From positions 404,511 through 468,510 of the forward strand of contig OY761611.1 in the NCBI GenBank assembly GCA_963664875.1: 64,000 nucleotides of DNA. The letters are read 5' to 3'. Position 1 is the stretch's first letter. Each line of letters starts with the position of its first letter. The notes beneath the pieces were generated by a model, which saw only the letters and a list, made by a program, of their open reading frames with translations, was not told the DNA's origin and ran no database searches. This stretch comes from Candidatus Kapaibacterium sp. (GTDB taxonomy: Bacteria > Bacteroidota > Ignavibacteria > Kapaibacteriales > UBA2268). Below are positions 29,530-39,296 of this stretch, piece by piece. The position numbers and the translations under genes were made by a program.

Positions 29530-32010
29530 ATGCAAAATATGACTGATGTAAAAAAACTTGAGTTGTCAATTGACCAGTTGCGATGGATTTGTCCTGAAGA
29601 TTCTTTCAATTTTGAGACCACAAAAGAGATAGAGCCATTAAATAAAATAGTAGGGCAAGAGAGAGCTATCGAAGCAATTCGCATGGGTGCGGGACTGAAA
29701 GCTAAGGGTTATAATATATTTGTAACAGGTCTGTCAGGTACCGGCAGACTTTCAACTGTGAAACAAATTCTTGAAGACAGTACGGTAGCAAAACCAAAAT
29801 TGTTTGACTATTGCTATGTAAATAATTTTGCTGATCCGGATCAGCCAATATTAGTAAAATTGCCGAGAAGTAAAGGTAAAGAGTTTAAAGGTGCTGTTGG
29901 TGACGCTATTTCTTATTTAAAAAGAAGATTGCCTAAATTATTTGAAGAAGAATCATATCAGCAATCTCGTAGGAAAATAGTAGAAGAATATCAAGAAAAA
30001 GAACGTTCATTTCTTTCAGAATTTGATAAAAAAATCAAACCACACGGTTTTATCAGAGGCCAAATCGAAACAGAACAAGGAATAATTCAGCCTGAAGTGT
30101 TTCCAATCATAGACAATAAGCCTGTGCAAATCGAAGTATTAGATGATTTGGTAGAGGAAGGTAAGCTAAGCTATGATAAAGCAGATCAACTAAAGGAGCT
30201 TTGGAAAAAGTTTCATAATGAGATTTTTGAATTAGCAAAATCCGGCATGAAACTCATGAAAGATTTTAAACGTGCTCTCTCAAAAAATGATCGTGCTTCA
30301 GCTGAAATAGTCGTTACTTCAGTTTTTTCCGAAGTTGCAGATATGTTTCATAATGATAGGGTTGATATTTATATTGATGAAGTTATTAACCATATTTTGA
30401 ATAATTTGACTCCTTTTGTACAGGGAGATGCAGCTTTTGCCAATCCTCAAGAACCTGAGAAAACTAAAGAAAATTACTTTAGTATGTATGAAGTAAATGT
30501 TGTGTTAGATAATTCCGAAACAGATAAAGCTCCTTTGGTAATTGAAACTACGCCATCTTATCAGAACCTATTCGGAACTATAGAAAAAGTTTATGACAAT
30601 AGAGGATTTTGGAGAACAGATTTTACTAAAATAAAAGCAGGTGCTTTGCTAAAAGCTGACCAAGGCTTTTTGATTGTCAATGCTTTAGACTTGTTTCAGG
30701 AACCCGGAGTTTGGCAGGCATTGAAAAGAGTGTTGCTATACGATAAACTCGAAATCCAGACTATGGATGCATATTTCCAAATATCACAGGCTTATTTGAA
30801 ACCCGAAGCCATAGATGTAAATGTGAAAGTAGTTATCATAGGTGGTCAAACTCTATATCAACAGCTCTATCATTTCGAGAAAGGATTCAAAAAAATCTTT
30901 AAAATAAATGCTCAATTTGATTACGAAGCAAACAAAACAAATGAGATGCTTGACAACTTAGCTCGATTTATTTCGAAAATCTGTGAAGAAGATAAATTAC
31001 CACATTGTAAACCGGACGGAGTTGCTGCAATTGCAGAATGGGCTGTAGAAAAGGCAGGTTCGCAAGATAAAATGACATTGAAGTTTTCTGACATTGCTGA
31101 CGTGCTGAGAGAGGCTGCGTTTTATGACAAATTAGAACAAAGCCCCTATATCGGCAGGGAAGATGTAAGTATTGCCATAAATATGCGTAGATACCGCAAT
31201 AATATGATAGATGAAAAAATCAAACAGCATATTCTTGAAGGATCGACACTTATAGACACAAAAGGTGATAGGGTAGGCCAGATTAATGGTTTGACAGTTT
31301 ATGATAACGGAATTTTATCATTCGGTAAACCGGCAAGAATCACTGCATCAATTTCTGCAGGTAATAAAGGAATTGTAAATGTGGAACGCGAAGCAGAAAT
31401 GAGCGGAAGAATACACAACAAGGGTGTTTTAATCATATCAGCATTTTTGCGTGAAAGATTTGCAAAGAAAAAACCAATGTCATTGACAGCGTCATTAGCA
31501 TTTGAGCAGTCTTATGGCGGAATTGACGGTGATAGTGCCTCCGCTGCTGAGATTTACGTATTATTATCCGAGTTAACAAATACTCCAATAAAGCAAACCA
31601 TTGCCATTACCGGTTCGCTAAATCAGAAAGGTGATATTCAACCAATAGGCGGAGTAAATGAAAAAGTAAGAGGCTTCTTTGAAATTTGCAAAGAAAATGG
31701 TTTCACAGGCGATCAAGGATGCATAATTCCAAAACAAAATGTAAAAGATTTGATGATGTGTCAGGAAGTATTAGATGCTGTCCGGGATGGAAATTTCAGA
31801 ATATGGGCTATTGATAAAATTGAACAGGGAGTTCCAATCCTCATGGGTATAGAAGCAGGAGAATTAGATAAAAACGGAAAATACCCTGAAGATTCTTTGT
31901 TTGGTAAAGCTACAGCACAAATTGAACTAATGAGAGAATGGGCAAAAGATGAAGAGGAAAAGGACAAAAAGAACAATAAAACAGAAAAATCTAAAAAAGA
32001 AATTGAATAA
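29530..32010 (+). CDS. Lon-like (LonC/COG1067-type) protease: AAA+-like module with a large insertion and a C-terminal S16 Ser-Lys proteolytic domain
   Basis: GLSGTGRLS Walker-A-like motif in which Arg replaces the canonical Lys. C-terminal GDSASAAE (catalytic Ser) and a downstream Lys. Start is uncertain (29482, 29530 or 29539). Confidence 0.7.
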   Translation: MQNMTDVKKLELSIDQLRWICPEDSFNFETTKEIEPLNKIVGQERAIEAIRMGAGLKAKGYNIFVTGLSGTGRLSTVKQILEDSTVAKPKLFDYCYVNNFADPDQPILVKLPRSKGKEFKGAVGDAISYLKRRLPKLFEEESYQQSRRKIVEEYQEKERSFLSEFDKKIKPHGFIRGQIETEQGIIQPEVFPIIDNKPVQIEVLDDLVEEGKLSYDKADQLKELWKKFHNEIFELAKSGMKLMKDFKRALSKNDRASAEIVVTSVFSEVADMFHNDRVDIYIDEVINHILNNLTPFVQGDAAFANPQEPEKTKENYFSMYEVNVVLDNSETDKAPLVIETTPSYQNLFGTIEKVYDNRGFWRTDFTKIKAGALLKADQGFLIVNALDLFQEPGVWQALKRVLLYDKLEIQTMDAYFQISQAYLKPEAIDVNVKVVIIGGQTLYQQLYHFEKGFKKIFKINAQFDYEANKTNEMLDNLARFISKICEEDKLPHCKPDGVAAIAEWAVEKAGSQDKMTLKFSDIADVLREAAFYDKLEQSPYIGREDVSIAINMRRYRNNMIDEKIKQHILEGSTLIDTKGDRVGQINGLTVYDNGILSFGKPARITASISAGNKGIVNVEREAEMSGRIHNKGVLIISAFLRERFAKKKPMSLTASLAFEQSYGGIDGDSASAAEIYVLLSELTNTPIKQTIAITGSLNQKGDIQPIGGVNEKVRGFFEICKENGFTGDQGCIIPKQNVKDLMMCQEVLDAVRDGNFRIWAIDKIEQGVPILMGIEAGELDKNGKYPEDSLFGKATAQIELMREWAKDEEEKDKKNNKTEKSKKEIE

Positions 32011-32078
32011 AAAAATCTAATAAGAAGATTTTTTATAAACGAATTCGTATTTTTGTTATACGATATGTGGGAAATCCA

Positions 32079-32130
32079 AAATCCTGAATATCAGAAAGTA
32101 AAAAATCTGATATTCAGGGTTTTGCTTTTA
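32079..32130 (+). terminator. intrinsic terminator of the Lon-like gene
   Basis: 17-bp stem aaatcctgaatatcaga/tctgatattcagggttt with one G-U pair, followed by a T-rich tract. A weaker AT-rich hairpin also sits at 32011-32035. Confidence 0.55.
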
Positions 32131-32151
32131 ATTAAATATCTTGAGAATCAA

Positions 32152-32814
32152 ATGAAACATCAGATAAAAATTGCACCTTCACTACTCTCAGCAAATTTTG
32201 CCAATTTGTCGAATGACATAGCACAATGCCAAGCGGCTAATGCTGAATTACTTCATATTGATGTAATGGATGGACATTTTGTACCTAACATCACAATCGG
32301 ACCTTTAGTAGTCGAAGCAATAAAGCCAATCACAAGTATTCCTTTAGATTGTCACTTAATGATTTCAGATCCTGATAAGTATGTGCCTGCTTTCGCAGAA
32401 GCCGGTGCAGACTTGATTTCTATTCACGTAGAAGCGACTCATCATTTGCATAGAAGCATTCAACTCATAAAAAGTTTCGACAAAAAAGCCGGAATAGTTC
32501 TAAACCCTATTACGCCTCTTAGCTTTGCATTTGAAGCTGCTGAATATTGTGATTTTATTATGCTTATGTCTGTCAATCCCGGATTTGGTGGACAAGGTTT
32601 TATAGATAGTTTTCTCAGAAGATGTAGCGAATTGAGAAGCTTTTTAGATAAAGAAGGGTTATCTCACGTTGAAATTGAAGTAGATGGCGGAGTCAAAAAA
32701 GACAATGTTAAACAAATCGCTGATTCAGGAGCTAATATGCTTGTCAGCGGTTCCGGAGTGTTTTCCGGAAATATAGTAGAAAACATCAACCTACTTCGCC
32801 AGTTAGCACAGTAA
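32152..32814 (+). CDS. rpe: ribulose-phosphate 3-epimerase
   Basis: IAPSLLSANFANL…HIDVMDGHFVPN motifs. Start is placed after the terminator hairpin, which lies inside the longer ORF call. Confidence 0.9.
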   Translation: MKHQIKIAPSLLSANFANLSNDIAQCQAANAELLHIDVMDGHFVPNITIGPLVVEAIKPITSIPLDCHLMISDPDKYVPAFAEAGADLISIHVEATHHLHRSIQLIKSFDKKAGIVLNPITPLSFAFEAAEYCDFIMLMSVNPGFGGQGFIDSFLRRCSELRSFLDKEGLSHVEIEVDGGVKKDNVKQIADSGANMLVSGSGVFSGNIVENINLLRQLAQ

Positions 32815-32871
32815 AATAAATTTTAATCCGGCAGAGATTTAATTTAAGATTCCAATCTCTGCCGGAAATGT

Positions 32872-34092
32872 TTATAAGTTAAAATATTTATATGCCAGAT
32901 AAGCTAAATTAGCTGTGCCAAGTAGCATGGCTTCTTCGCTTGGTGCTAATTTTGCGTTGTGAAGAGCAGGTAGTAATTTATCTTCGGGTTGCACACCCAA
33001 AAAGAAGAATGTAGATGGCACAGTTTGTGCAAAATAAGCAAAATCTTCTGCCCACATTTTAGGTTCAAACTCCAAAACATTCTTTTCACCAAAAACATCT
33101 TTGCTATGTAGCCTCACAAAATTAGTAGTTTCTTTTGAATTGTTTAGAGGTGGATAACCCTTTACAATATTTAATTCATAATCACAACCATACAAGCCAC
33201 AGATATGCTTAATTGTAGTTTCTATATGTTTGTGCATTTCAAAACGCCAAAGATTATTATAAGTTCTCAGAGTGCCTTTTAGTTGAGCGGAATCAGGAAA
33301 AATGTTAGTGGTATTGCCCGAATTGAATGAGGCAATAGTTAATACTCCCGGATCTAATGGATTTCTATGTTTAATCATAATAGATTGAAAAGCAATTACT
33401 ATCTGAGCCGCTGTAAGAATAGGATCATTACCTAAATGTGGCTGAGCAGCATGCGAACCTTTACCTAAAATATTGATATAAATCTCATCCGTAGAAGCCA
33501 TTGTAGGTCCTTCACACAGAGCAACAGTACTGAGCTTGCCTTGTGGGTCTATATGTTGCCCGAAAATAGCTTCAGGTTTTTTCACATCAAAAAGTCCCTC
33601 TTCAAGCATTACTTTTGCACCGCCCGGAAACTTCTCTTCAGCCGGTTGAAATATCAACATAACTGTTCCATTCAAATCTTGTTCTATTTCTTTGAGTAAC
33701 TCAGCAGCTCCAAGTAGCATAGCTGTATGCATATCATGTCCACAGGCATGCATTACACCATCATTTTGGCTGGCATAATCAAGATTTGTTTCTTCAAAAA
33801 TAGGCAGAGCATCTATATCGGCTCTAAGCGCAATACATTTTTCACCTTCTCCAACATAAGCGACTATGCCGGTTGGTTCGGCATCTTGGTTCTCAGGGTT
33901 TCTACCAATTCTTTTATATTTAATATCAAGTTCTTCCAGTCTATTTGCAATTAAATTTGATGTGTTGTGCTCAAAAAACGATAGTTCAGGATTCTTGTGA
34001 ATATTTCGTCTATAATCAACAACTGAACTGTATATATCATTAGCTTTTCTAATAAAATAATTGACATCCATAGAATCTTCCTTAGTAATCAA
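32872..34092 (-). CDS. M20D-family amidohydrolase (N-acyl-amino acid amidohydrolase / hippurate hydrolase-like)
   Basis: HACGHD metal-binding motif. 406 aa. Confidence 0.8.
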   Translation of the reverse strand: MITKEDSMDVNYFIRKANDIYSSVVDYRRNIHKNPELSFFEHNTSNLIANRLEELDIKYKRIGRNPENQDAEPTGIVAYVGEGEKCIALRADIDALPIFEETNLDYASQNDGVMHACGHDMHTAMLLGAAELLKEIEQDLNGTVMLIFQPAEEKFPGGAKVMLEEGLFDVKKPEAIFGQHIDPQGKLSTVALCEGPTMASTDEIYINILGKGSHAAQPHLGNDPILTAAQIVIAFQSIMIKHRNPLDPGVLTIASFNSGNTTNIFPDSAQLKGTLRTYNNLWRFEMHKHIETTIKHICGLYGCDYELNIVKGYPPLNNSKETTNFVRLHSKDVFGEKNVLEFEPKMWAEDFAYFAQTVPSTFFFLGVQPEDKLLPALHNAKLAPSEEAMLLGTANLAYLAYKYFNL

Positions 34093-34897
34093 ATTCAGAA
34101 ATAATTTCAGCGGGACCTTCTAAAACTATGTAGTTTTCAACTTTACTCACCCAAAGTGACTCTTTTGAAGTTGGCACTATTTCGACAGGAAAATTGATAA
34201 GTTTACGTTTGAATGCAGAAAGAGCAGTTGAAATAGCCCCCGTACCACAAGCACCTGTTTCAGCTTCAACTCCCTTTTCAAATGTCCTTAATAATATTTT
34301 ATTAGAATCAACGACGGAATAGAGATTTACATTGACTCCTGTCGGTAAAAATGCTTGATGTTGGCGAATTGGAAGCGCCATTTTAATAATATCTAAATTA
34401 ACAATATCATTCTCTAAGTCAGAAATGAGATTTATACATGTATGTTGAGTGCCCACATCGAAATAATCATAATCAATAGGAGCATTGTCAATATTTAGTT
34501 TTTGAAAAAGCAATTCTTTACTTGGTGATTCAAAATAAATTGCAATACCTTTTTCGGTAAATTCTGCGGTATAAGATTTATTAGCCATAGAAAATATTAC
34601 TTTCGTTTGATTCTCAGTTATTAGACCTTTAAATCTCGCAAAAAACACGGCACATCTACCACCATTGCCACACATCATACCTGTGGAACCATCAGGATTG
34701 TAATAAGTAACAAGAAAATCGGCATTATCTGATTTTTCTATTGACATTACTCCTTCTATTATAAAATCAGATTGGTAATCAGCTATCAATATTTTTACGT
34801 AATCATCTAAAAGTGATTGGTTATATAAAAATTCCGGTCTTACAAAAACTAAAAATTTGTTACCTGCACCACTCATATAACTTATTTTATTTTTCAT
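34082..34897 (-). CDS. dapF: diaminopimelate epimerase
   Basis: MSGAGNKFLVF N-terminal motif and catalytic MMCGNGGRC. Start is trimmed to the Met matching the DapF N-terminus. It overlaps the upstream gene. Confidence 0.85.
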   Translation of the reverse strand: MKNKISYMSGAGNKFLVFVRPEFLYNQSLLDDYVKILIADYQSDFIIEGVMSIEKSDNADFLVTYYNPDGSTGMMCGNGGRCAVFFARFKGLITENQTKVIFSMANKSYTAEFTEKGIAIYFESPSKELLFQKLNIDNAPIDYDYFDVGTQHTCINLISDLENDIVNLDIIKMALPIRQHQAFLPTGVNVNLYSVVDSNKILLRTFEKGVEAETGACGTGAISTALSAFKRKLINFPVEIVPTSKESLWVSKVENYIVLEGPAEIISEFDY

Positions 34898-35690
34898 GGC
34901 AACCACTTGCACAAATATTTAGTACTGAAGATGCTTTAGAGTGAATCAATCCATTAGATGCTAAAATTGTTTGTTCGTAAACAGAGTATTGCGAATTATC
35001 AAATTGTGTAACCTTTCCGCCTGCTTCTTCAACTATCAAATAACCGGCAGCTACATCCCAAGGCTTGAGTTCTAATTCCCAAAATGCGTCGAATCTACCA
35101 CATGCTACATAAGCTAAATCTAAAGCTGCAGAGCCTAATCGTCGAACCGGAATGCCTTGCTGAACAATACTAACAAACAAGTCAACACAATTGCAAGGAT
35201 TTTCTGATACATTATAGGGAAATCCGGTTACAAGGAAAGCTCTTTTGAAGTCATTAGTAGAAGAGACGGTAATGCGGTCTGCATTTAAGTATGCACCTTT
35301 ATCTTTTTCAGCCCAGAACAGTTCATCTAAAATAGGTTGGTATATAGCTCCTGCGATGATTTCTCCTTTTAATTCTGCTGCAATAGAAACACTAAAAATG
35401 GGGATACCGTGAGCAAAATTTACTGTACCATCGAGAGGATCTATAATCCAATTTATCTCTTCAGAATTAATCTCACCTGATTTACCTGATTCTTCTGCAT
35501 GAATAGAAGAATTTGGATAATACTTATTTATTTGAGAAATAATATATTGTTCTGATTTATGGTCAAATTCTGTAACCAAGTTATTGACAGCGTCTTTGCT
35601 TGAAATTCTAAAATTAGTTCCGTAACCTGCTTTTAAAATATCGCCTGCATTTTTGGCAGTATTTTTAATAAATTCGATAAGCGAAAGCAT
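34887..35690 (-). CDS. inositol monophosphatase (SuhB/IMPase) family protein
   Basis: IDPLDGT and WDxAAG motifs. Confidence 0.8.
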   Translation of the reverse strand: MLSLIEFIKNTAKNAGDILKAGYGTNFRISSKDAVNNLVTEFDHKSEQYIISQINKYYPNSSIHAEESGKSGEINSEEINWIIDPLDGTVNFAHGIPIFSVSIAAELKGEIIAGAIYQPILDELFWAEKDKGAYLNADRITVSSTNDFKRAFLVTGFPYNVSENPCNCVDLFVSIVQQGIPVRRLGSAALDLAYVACGRFDAFWELELKPWDVAAGYLIVEEAGGKVTQFDNSQYSVYEQTILASNGLIHSKASSVLNICASGCHEK

Positions 35691-35817
35691 TTATACCTCT
35701 ATAAAAATAGTTTTACTCAAATATACCAATAATTGAACAAAAGAATGTTAAACGGGTAATAAAATTGGAAATTTTATTATCTTTGTATCTTATTCAAATA
35801 CTTCACAGCAAAGGCTT

Positions 35818-37437
35818 ATGAGAAATCTTATTTTACTCTTTTCGATTTTGCTATTATCAACTGAATCATTTGCTCAATTAGATAATTCTTTCATAACAGG
35901 TGCAACAAAAAAAGAAGTTGACACCTTGTCCTATGAATACATGAAAGAAAATGTCAAACTTAACGAAGGTTTACTCGAACGCGAAATAGATCCTGACTTA
36001 TATATAGTGGGACCGAATGATATCTTTTCAATACTTATCAATACTTCTAAAACCATTCAATTCAAAACTCCAATCTCACCCAGCGGCGAAATATTGCTCA
36101 GAGGAATTGGAGGGGTTGATTTGAAGGGATGTACATTAAACGAATCAATTAAAAGAATAAAAGCAAAGATAAAGTCTGTTTATTCTACAGATGAAGTTTA
36201 TGTTGTCTTAGAAGATATTAGAAAGTTTAAAGTTGTAGTAAGCGGTGCGGTCGGCAAACCATCAACGGTGCAGGCAACATCTGCTGAAAGAGTAAATGAA
36301 GCAATAGACAAAGCTGGCGGATTGAAATATAACGCTTCACTTAGAAATATTACCCTTTATAGAGATAAAGACAATAAACGTATTAAAGTCGATTTACTAC
36401 GTTTTTATAAGTTAGGAGAAAAAGATAAAAATCCAATTCTTCTAGGGGGAGATCATATTATCGTAGCACCTAGTGCTGATAACGTTTCTATTGGCATTTT
36501 TGGAGAAGTCCCTGCAGAAGGCGAATTTGAATTCTTAGAAGGAGATTCTCTTTCTACCTTGATAAAATTTGCTCAGGGTTTTCTTCCCAGCTCAAATCTT
36601 GATTCAGTAGAATTAGTACGCATAAATGAAACAGGTATTGAATATAATTACCTCAATCTCAACGAATGGAAAAAGCAATTATACAGCGGAAAATCTCTAA
36701 ATCAAGATGTTGCTCTTCAGGCAGGAGACAGAGTCTTTATCCGCAAAAAATATAACTGGGCAGAATCACAGTACGCTATGATTAGTGGTGAAATTTTATA
36801 TCCCGGCAAGTATGCGATTGATGAAAAGCAAGACAGAGTTTATGATCTTATCAAAAGAGCCGGAGGATTCACAGATAAAGCCTCTTTAGATCATATTGAG
36901 TTTATTCGTCAGGAAGAAATGGAAATAAAGGACTTAGAAATGGAACGTCTAAGTAAAATGATTCCATCTGAAATGTCGGAAAGTGAATCTCGCTATTTTC
37001 AAGCAAAAAAAACTGAAAAGAAAGGCTCAATGGCCATTGATTTTAACGAAATCATGAGAGATCCTTCCAGCATAAACAACATTATGCTTAGAAGTAAAGA
37101 CTCTATCATTGTTTCTAAAAAGAAATATCATATCAATGTCCAAGGACGTGTGAATAACCCTGGTCTAATAACTTATCAAGAAGGTTTCAGTTATCTTGAC
37201 TATATCAATTCTGCAGGGGGCTTTGGTTTTAGAGCTGATGAGGGAGAGACTATTATTACCAAACCTCGCGGTGAGCAATTCCTTGCAGAAAACATGGATT
37301 ACAAACTCGAATCCGGTGATGTTATCCTTGTACCACCTGAAAAAGAGTATTCTTATACAGAATTGTTTACCACAACATTAACTGTTATAACACAACTTAT
37401 ATCAATTGCTGCAATAGTTATTACAATATCGAAATAG
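35818..37437 (+). CDS. polysaccharide export protein (Wza/OPX-like: Poly_export domain, multiple SLBB domains, C-terminal TM helix)
   Basis: Signal peptide. YIVGPNDIFSILI Poly_export motif. Repeated SLBB-like segments. A terminal hydrophobic helix. Confidence 0.7.
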   Translation: MRNLILLFSILLLSTESFAQLDNSFITGATKKEVDTLSYEYMKENVKLNEGLLEREIDPDLYIVGPNDIFSILINTSKTIQFKTPISPSGEILLRGIGGVDLKGCTLNESIKRIKAKIKSVYSTDEVYVVLEDIRKFKVVVSGAVGKPSTVQATSAERVNEAIDKAGGLKYNASLRNITLYRDKDNKRIKVDLLRFYKLGEKDKNPILLGGDHIIVAPSADNVSIGIFGEVPAEGEFEFLEGDSLSTLIKFAQGFLPSSNLDSVELVRINETGIEYNYLNLNEWKKQLYSGKSLNQDVALQAGDRVFIRKKYNWAESQYAMISGEILYPGKYAIDEKQDRVYDLIKRAGGFTDKASLDHIEFIRQEEMEIKDLEMERLSKMIPSEMSESESRYFQAKKTEKKGSMAIDFNEIMRDPSSINNIMLRSKDSIIVSKKKYHINVQGRVNNPGLITYQEGFSYLDYINSAGGFGFRADEGETIITKPRGEQFLAENMDYKLESGDVILVPPEKEYSYTELFTTTLTVITQLISIAAIVITISK

Positions 37438-37442
37438 TAAAT

Positions 37443-38627
37443 ATGAAAGACAATGTATTAAGCTTATCTCTAATAATGAGATTATTCAAAAAAGAAAAAA
37501 AGAAGATTGCCATAATTGTTTTATCTTTTACAACAATTATGCTGATAGTTAGCTATTTTCTTCCTCATAAATATGAATCTTATGCTACTCTAATGCCTCC
37601 ATCAAATAAAGAAGGAAGTGGGCTTTCTTCTTTCCTACAATCTTTTGCAGGAGGAGCTGGAGGTATTATGTTAGGAGGGGTGGGTAAATCTAATCAGTCA
37701 AATGTGTTTGCAGATATGTTAAAGAGCAGAACAATCTCAAGATATATAAATAAAAAACTAAAATTAACTGATTATACACCATATCGAGACTTTGAAAACG
37801 AGATAGCAATGTTTGATTTTATTAGTGAAAACATTGATGTTGTTGTTGAGAAAACAAGTGGTATTATCAGTGTTTATTCTGTATCTGAAACAGGATACTT
37901 CCCAGGTGAAAACGACAAATTACTTTCTTCTAAGTTATCAGCCGAAATTGCAAATACAGCAATCGAAGCTTTAGACTACTTTTTAAGACATAAAAGTATA
38001 AGTACTGCTAAACAGACAAAAGAATATATAGAAAACGAAATAAATAATTATAAGATTCAGTTAAACACAATAGAATCTCAGATGGAAAAATTCCAATCAG
38101 AACATAAAGTGCTTGCTATAGAAGAGCAAACTACTGCGATAGTCCAACAAGCAATAGAAGTAGGTAAAGAACTTGCTGAAGCAAAAGTAGAACTTGCTGT
38201 TCTATCTAATGAGCTCAATCCAAATTCTGCTCAAATTAAAGCTATCAAAGATAAAGTTCTAACATTGCAAAATCAATACGAAAGTATTCAAACAGGTGGA
38301 CTTGTCGAATCCGATGCTTTTGCATTTCCTTTAAAACAAGTACCAACTTTGCTAAAAGAATACGCAAGATTGCTAAGGGAAAGGAAAGTGTTAGAGCAGG
38401 TTACACTATATTTGGAAACACAAAGACATCAGGAAGCAATTCAGGAAAAGAAAGATATTCCTATTGTTGAAGTGCTTGATAAAGCAGAAGTTCCTTATAA
38501 AAGGATTGCCCCTTCCAGAAAAATTATTGCTATTCTTTCTTTTTCTCTTTCTTTACTAGTTGCTCTTGGATATGTTTTAATGAGAGCTTACAAACAAGGA
38601 AGTATAATAATAGAAAGAGAAGGTTAG
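37443..38627 (+). CDS. polysaccharide co-polymerase / chain-length determinant (Wzz/GumC-like, no kinase domain)
   Basis: N- and C-terminal TM helices flank a coiled-coil periplasmic region. It lies 6 bp downstream of the Wza-like gene. Confidence 0.6.
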   Translation: MKDNVLSLSLIMRLFKKEKKKIAIIVLSFTTIMLIVSYFLPHKYESYATLMPPSNKEGSGLSSFLQSFAGGAGGIMLGGVGKSNQSNVFADMLKSRTISRYINKKLKLTDYTPYRDFENEIAMFDFISENIDVVVEKTSGIISVYSVSETGYFPGENDKLLSSKLSAEIANTAIEALDYFLRHKSISTAKQTKEYIENEINNYKIQLNTIESQMEKFQSEHKVLAIEEQTTAIVQQAIEVGKELAEAKVELAVLSNELNPNSAQIKAIKDKVLTLQNQYESIQTGGLVESDAFAFPLKQVPTLLKEYARLLRERKVLEQVTLYLETQRHQEAIQEKKDIPIVEVLDKAEVPYKRIAPSRKIIAILSFSLSLLVALGYVLMRAYKQGSIIIEREG

Positions 38628-38635
38628 ACTGCAAT

Positions 38636-39247
38636 TTAATCGACGATTTTATTTTTTTCTTTTACAATTTGATGTTTGAGGTAGGTTATTCTCACATTAT
38701 CACTGATATTAGCTAAGGGTAAATAAATGTCATCTATTTGCTTTAGTTTGATATGCGGTCTAAATTGCGGAGTATTGTCTAAGCTACGCATTTTTTCCAA
38801 TTGTTCTGCAAGAGCAAGAATTAGAATATCATCTCCCGGAATTTTTGTAACGTTTGAATTTTTGTAAGTATATTCTTTTGGGATTTGTTTTATTTCTTGT
38901 TTCTGGACATTTAACAAATCTAAAAGAAATGCAACATATGGACCAAAATTATAATCAATAATATCTTCAGACAACAAATCTTCGCTCTCGTATATATCAT
39001 GCAACAAACATGATATAATCAAATCTGTATCGTATAGGTTTAGCTCTTCAAGTATTATTCCGCAAACTCTGGTCGAATGATGAAAGTATGGGATACCATC
39101 ATGCTCGCATCTGTTTTCATATACTTCCTGCATCATTTCGTATGCCGAAACTATTTTATTTATGTCAAAACAATTGACTTTGCCTTGAAGTGCCGAAGTG
39201 ATTTGATCTATGCTATAAAATTTTTTATTGTACATCTGGACTACCAT
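38636..39247 (-). CDS. HD-domain phosphohydrolase (RelA/SpoT-hydrolase-like small HD protein)
   Basis: HHSTRV…LLHDIYE His…HD…D pattern. 203 aa. Confidence 0.55.
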   Translation of the reverse strand: MVVQMYNKKFYSIDQITSALQGKVNCFDINKIVSAYEMMQEVYENRCEHDGIPYFHHSTRVCGIILEELNLYDTDLIISCLLHDIYESEDLLSEDIIDYNFGPYVAFLLDLLNVQKQEIKQIPKEYTYKNSNVTKIPGDDILILALAEQLEKMRSLDNTPQFRPHIKLKQIDDIYLPLANISDNVRITYLKHQIVKEKNKIVD

Positions 39248-39296
39248 TAGAAATCAAAACAGTATGAAAAGATACGCTAAGATAATATTTTTATTT

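Noticed and set aside
29482-32010. Lon-like gene as BREX BrxL / a defense component
   Set aside because: No pglX, pglZ, brxA/B/C or any other defense gene is nearby. The architecture fits a housekeeping LonC/COG1067 better.
32053-32151. N-terminal extension of the rpe ORF (Met at 32053)
   Set aside because: The extension contains the strong terminator hairpin of the upstream Lon-like gene and has no Rpe homology. Start moved to 32152.
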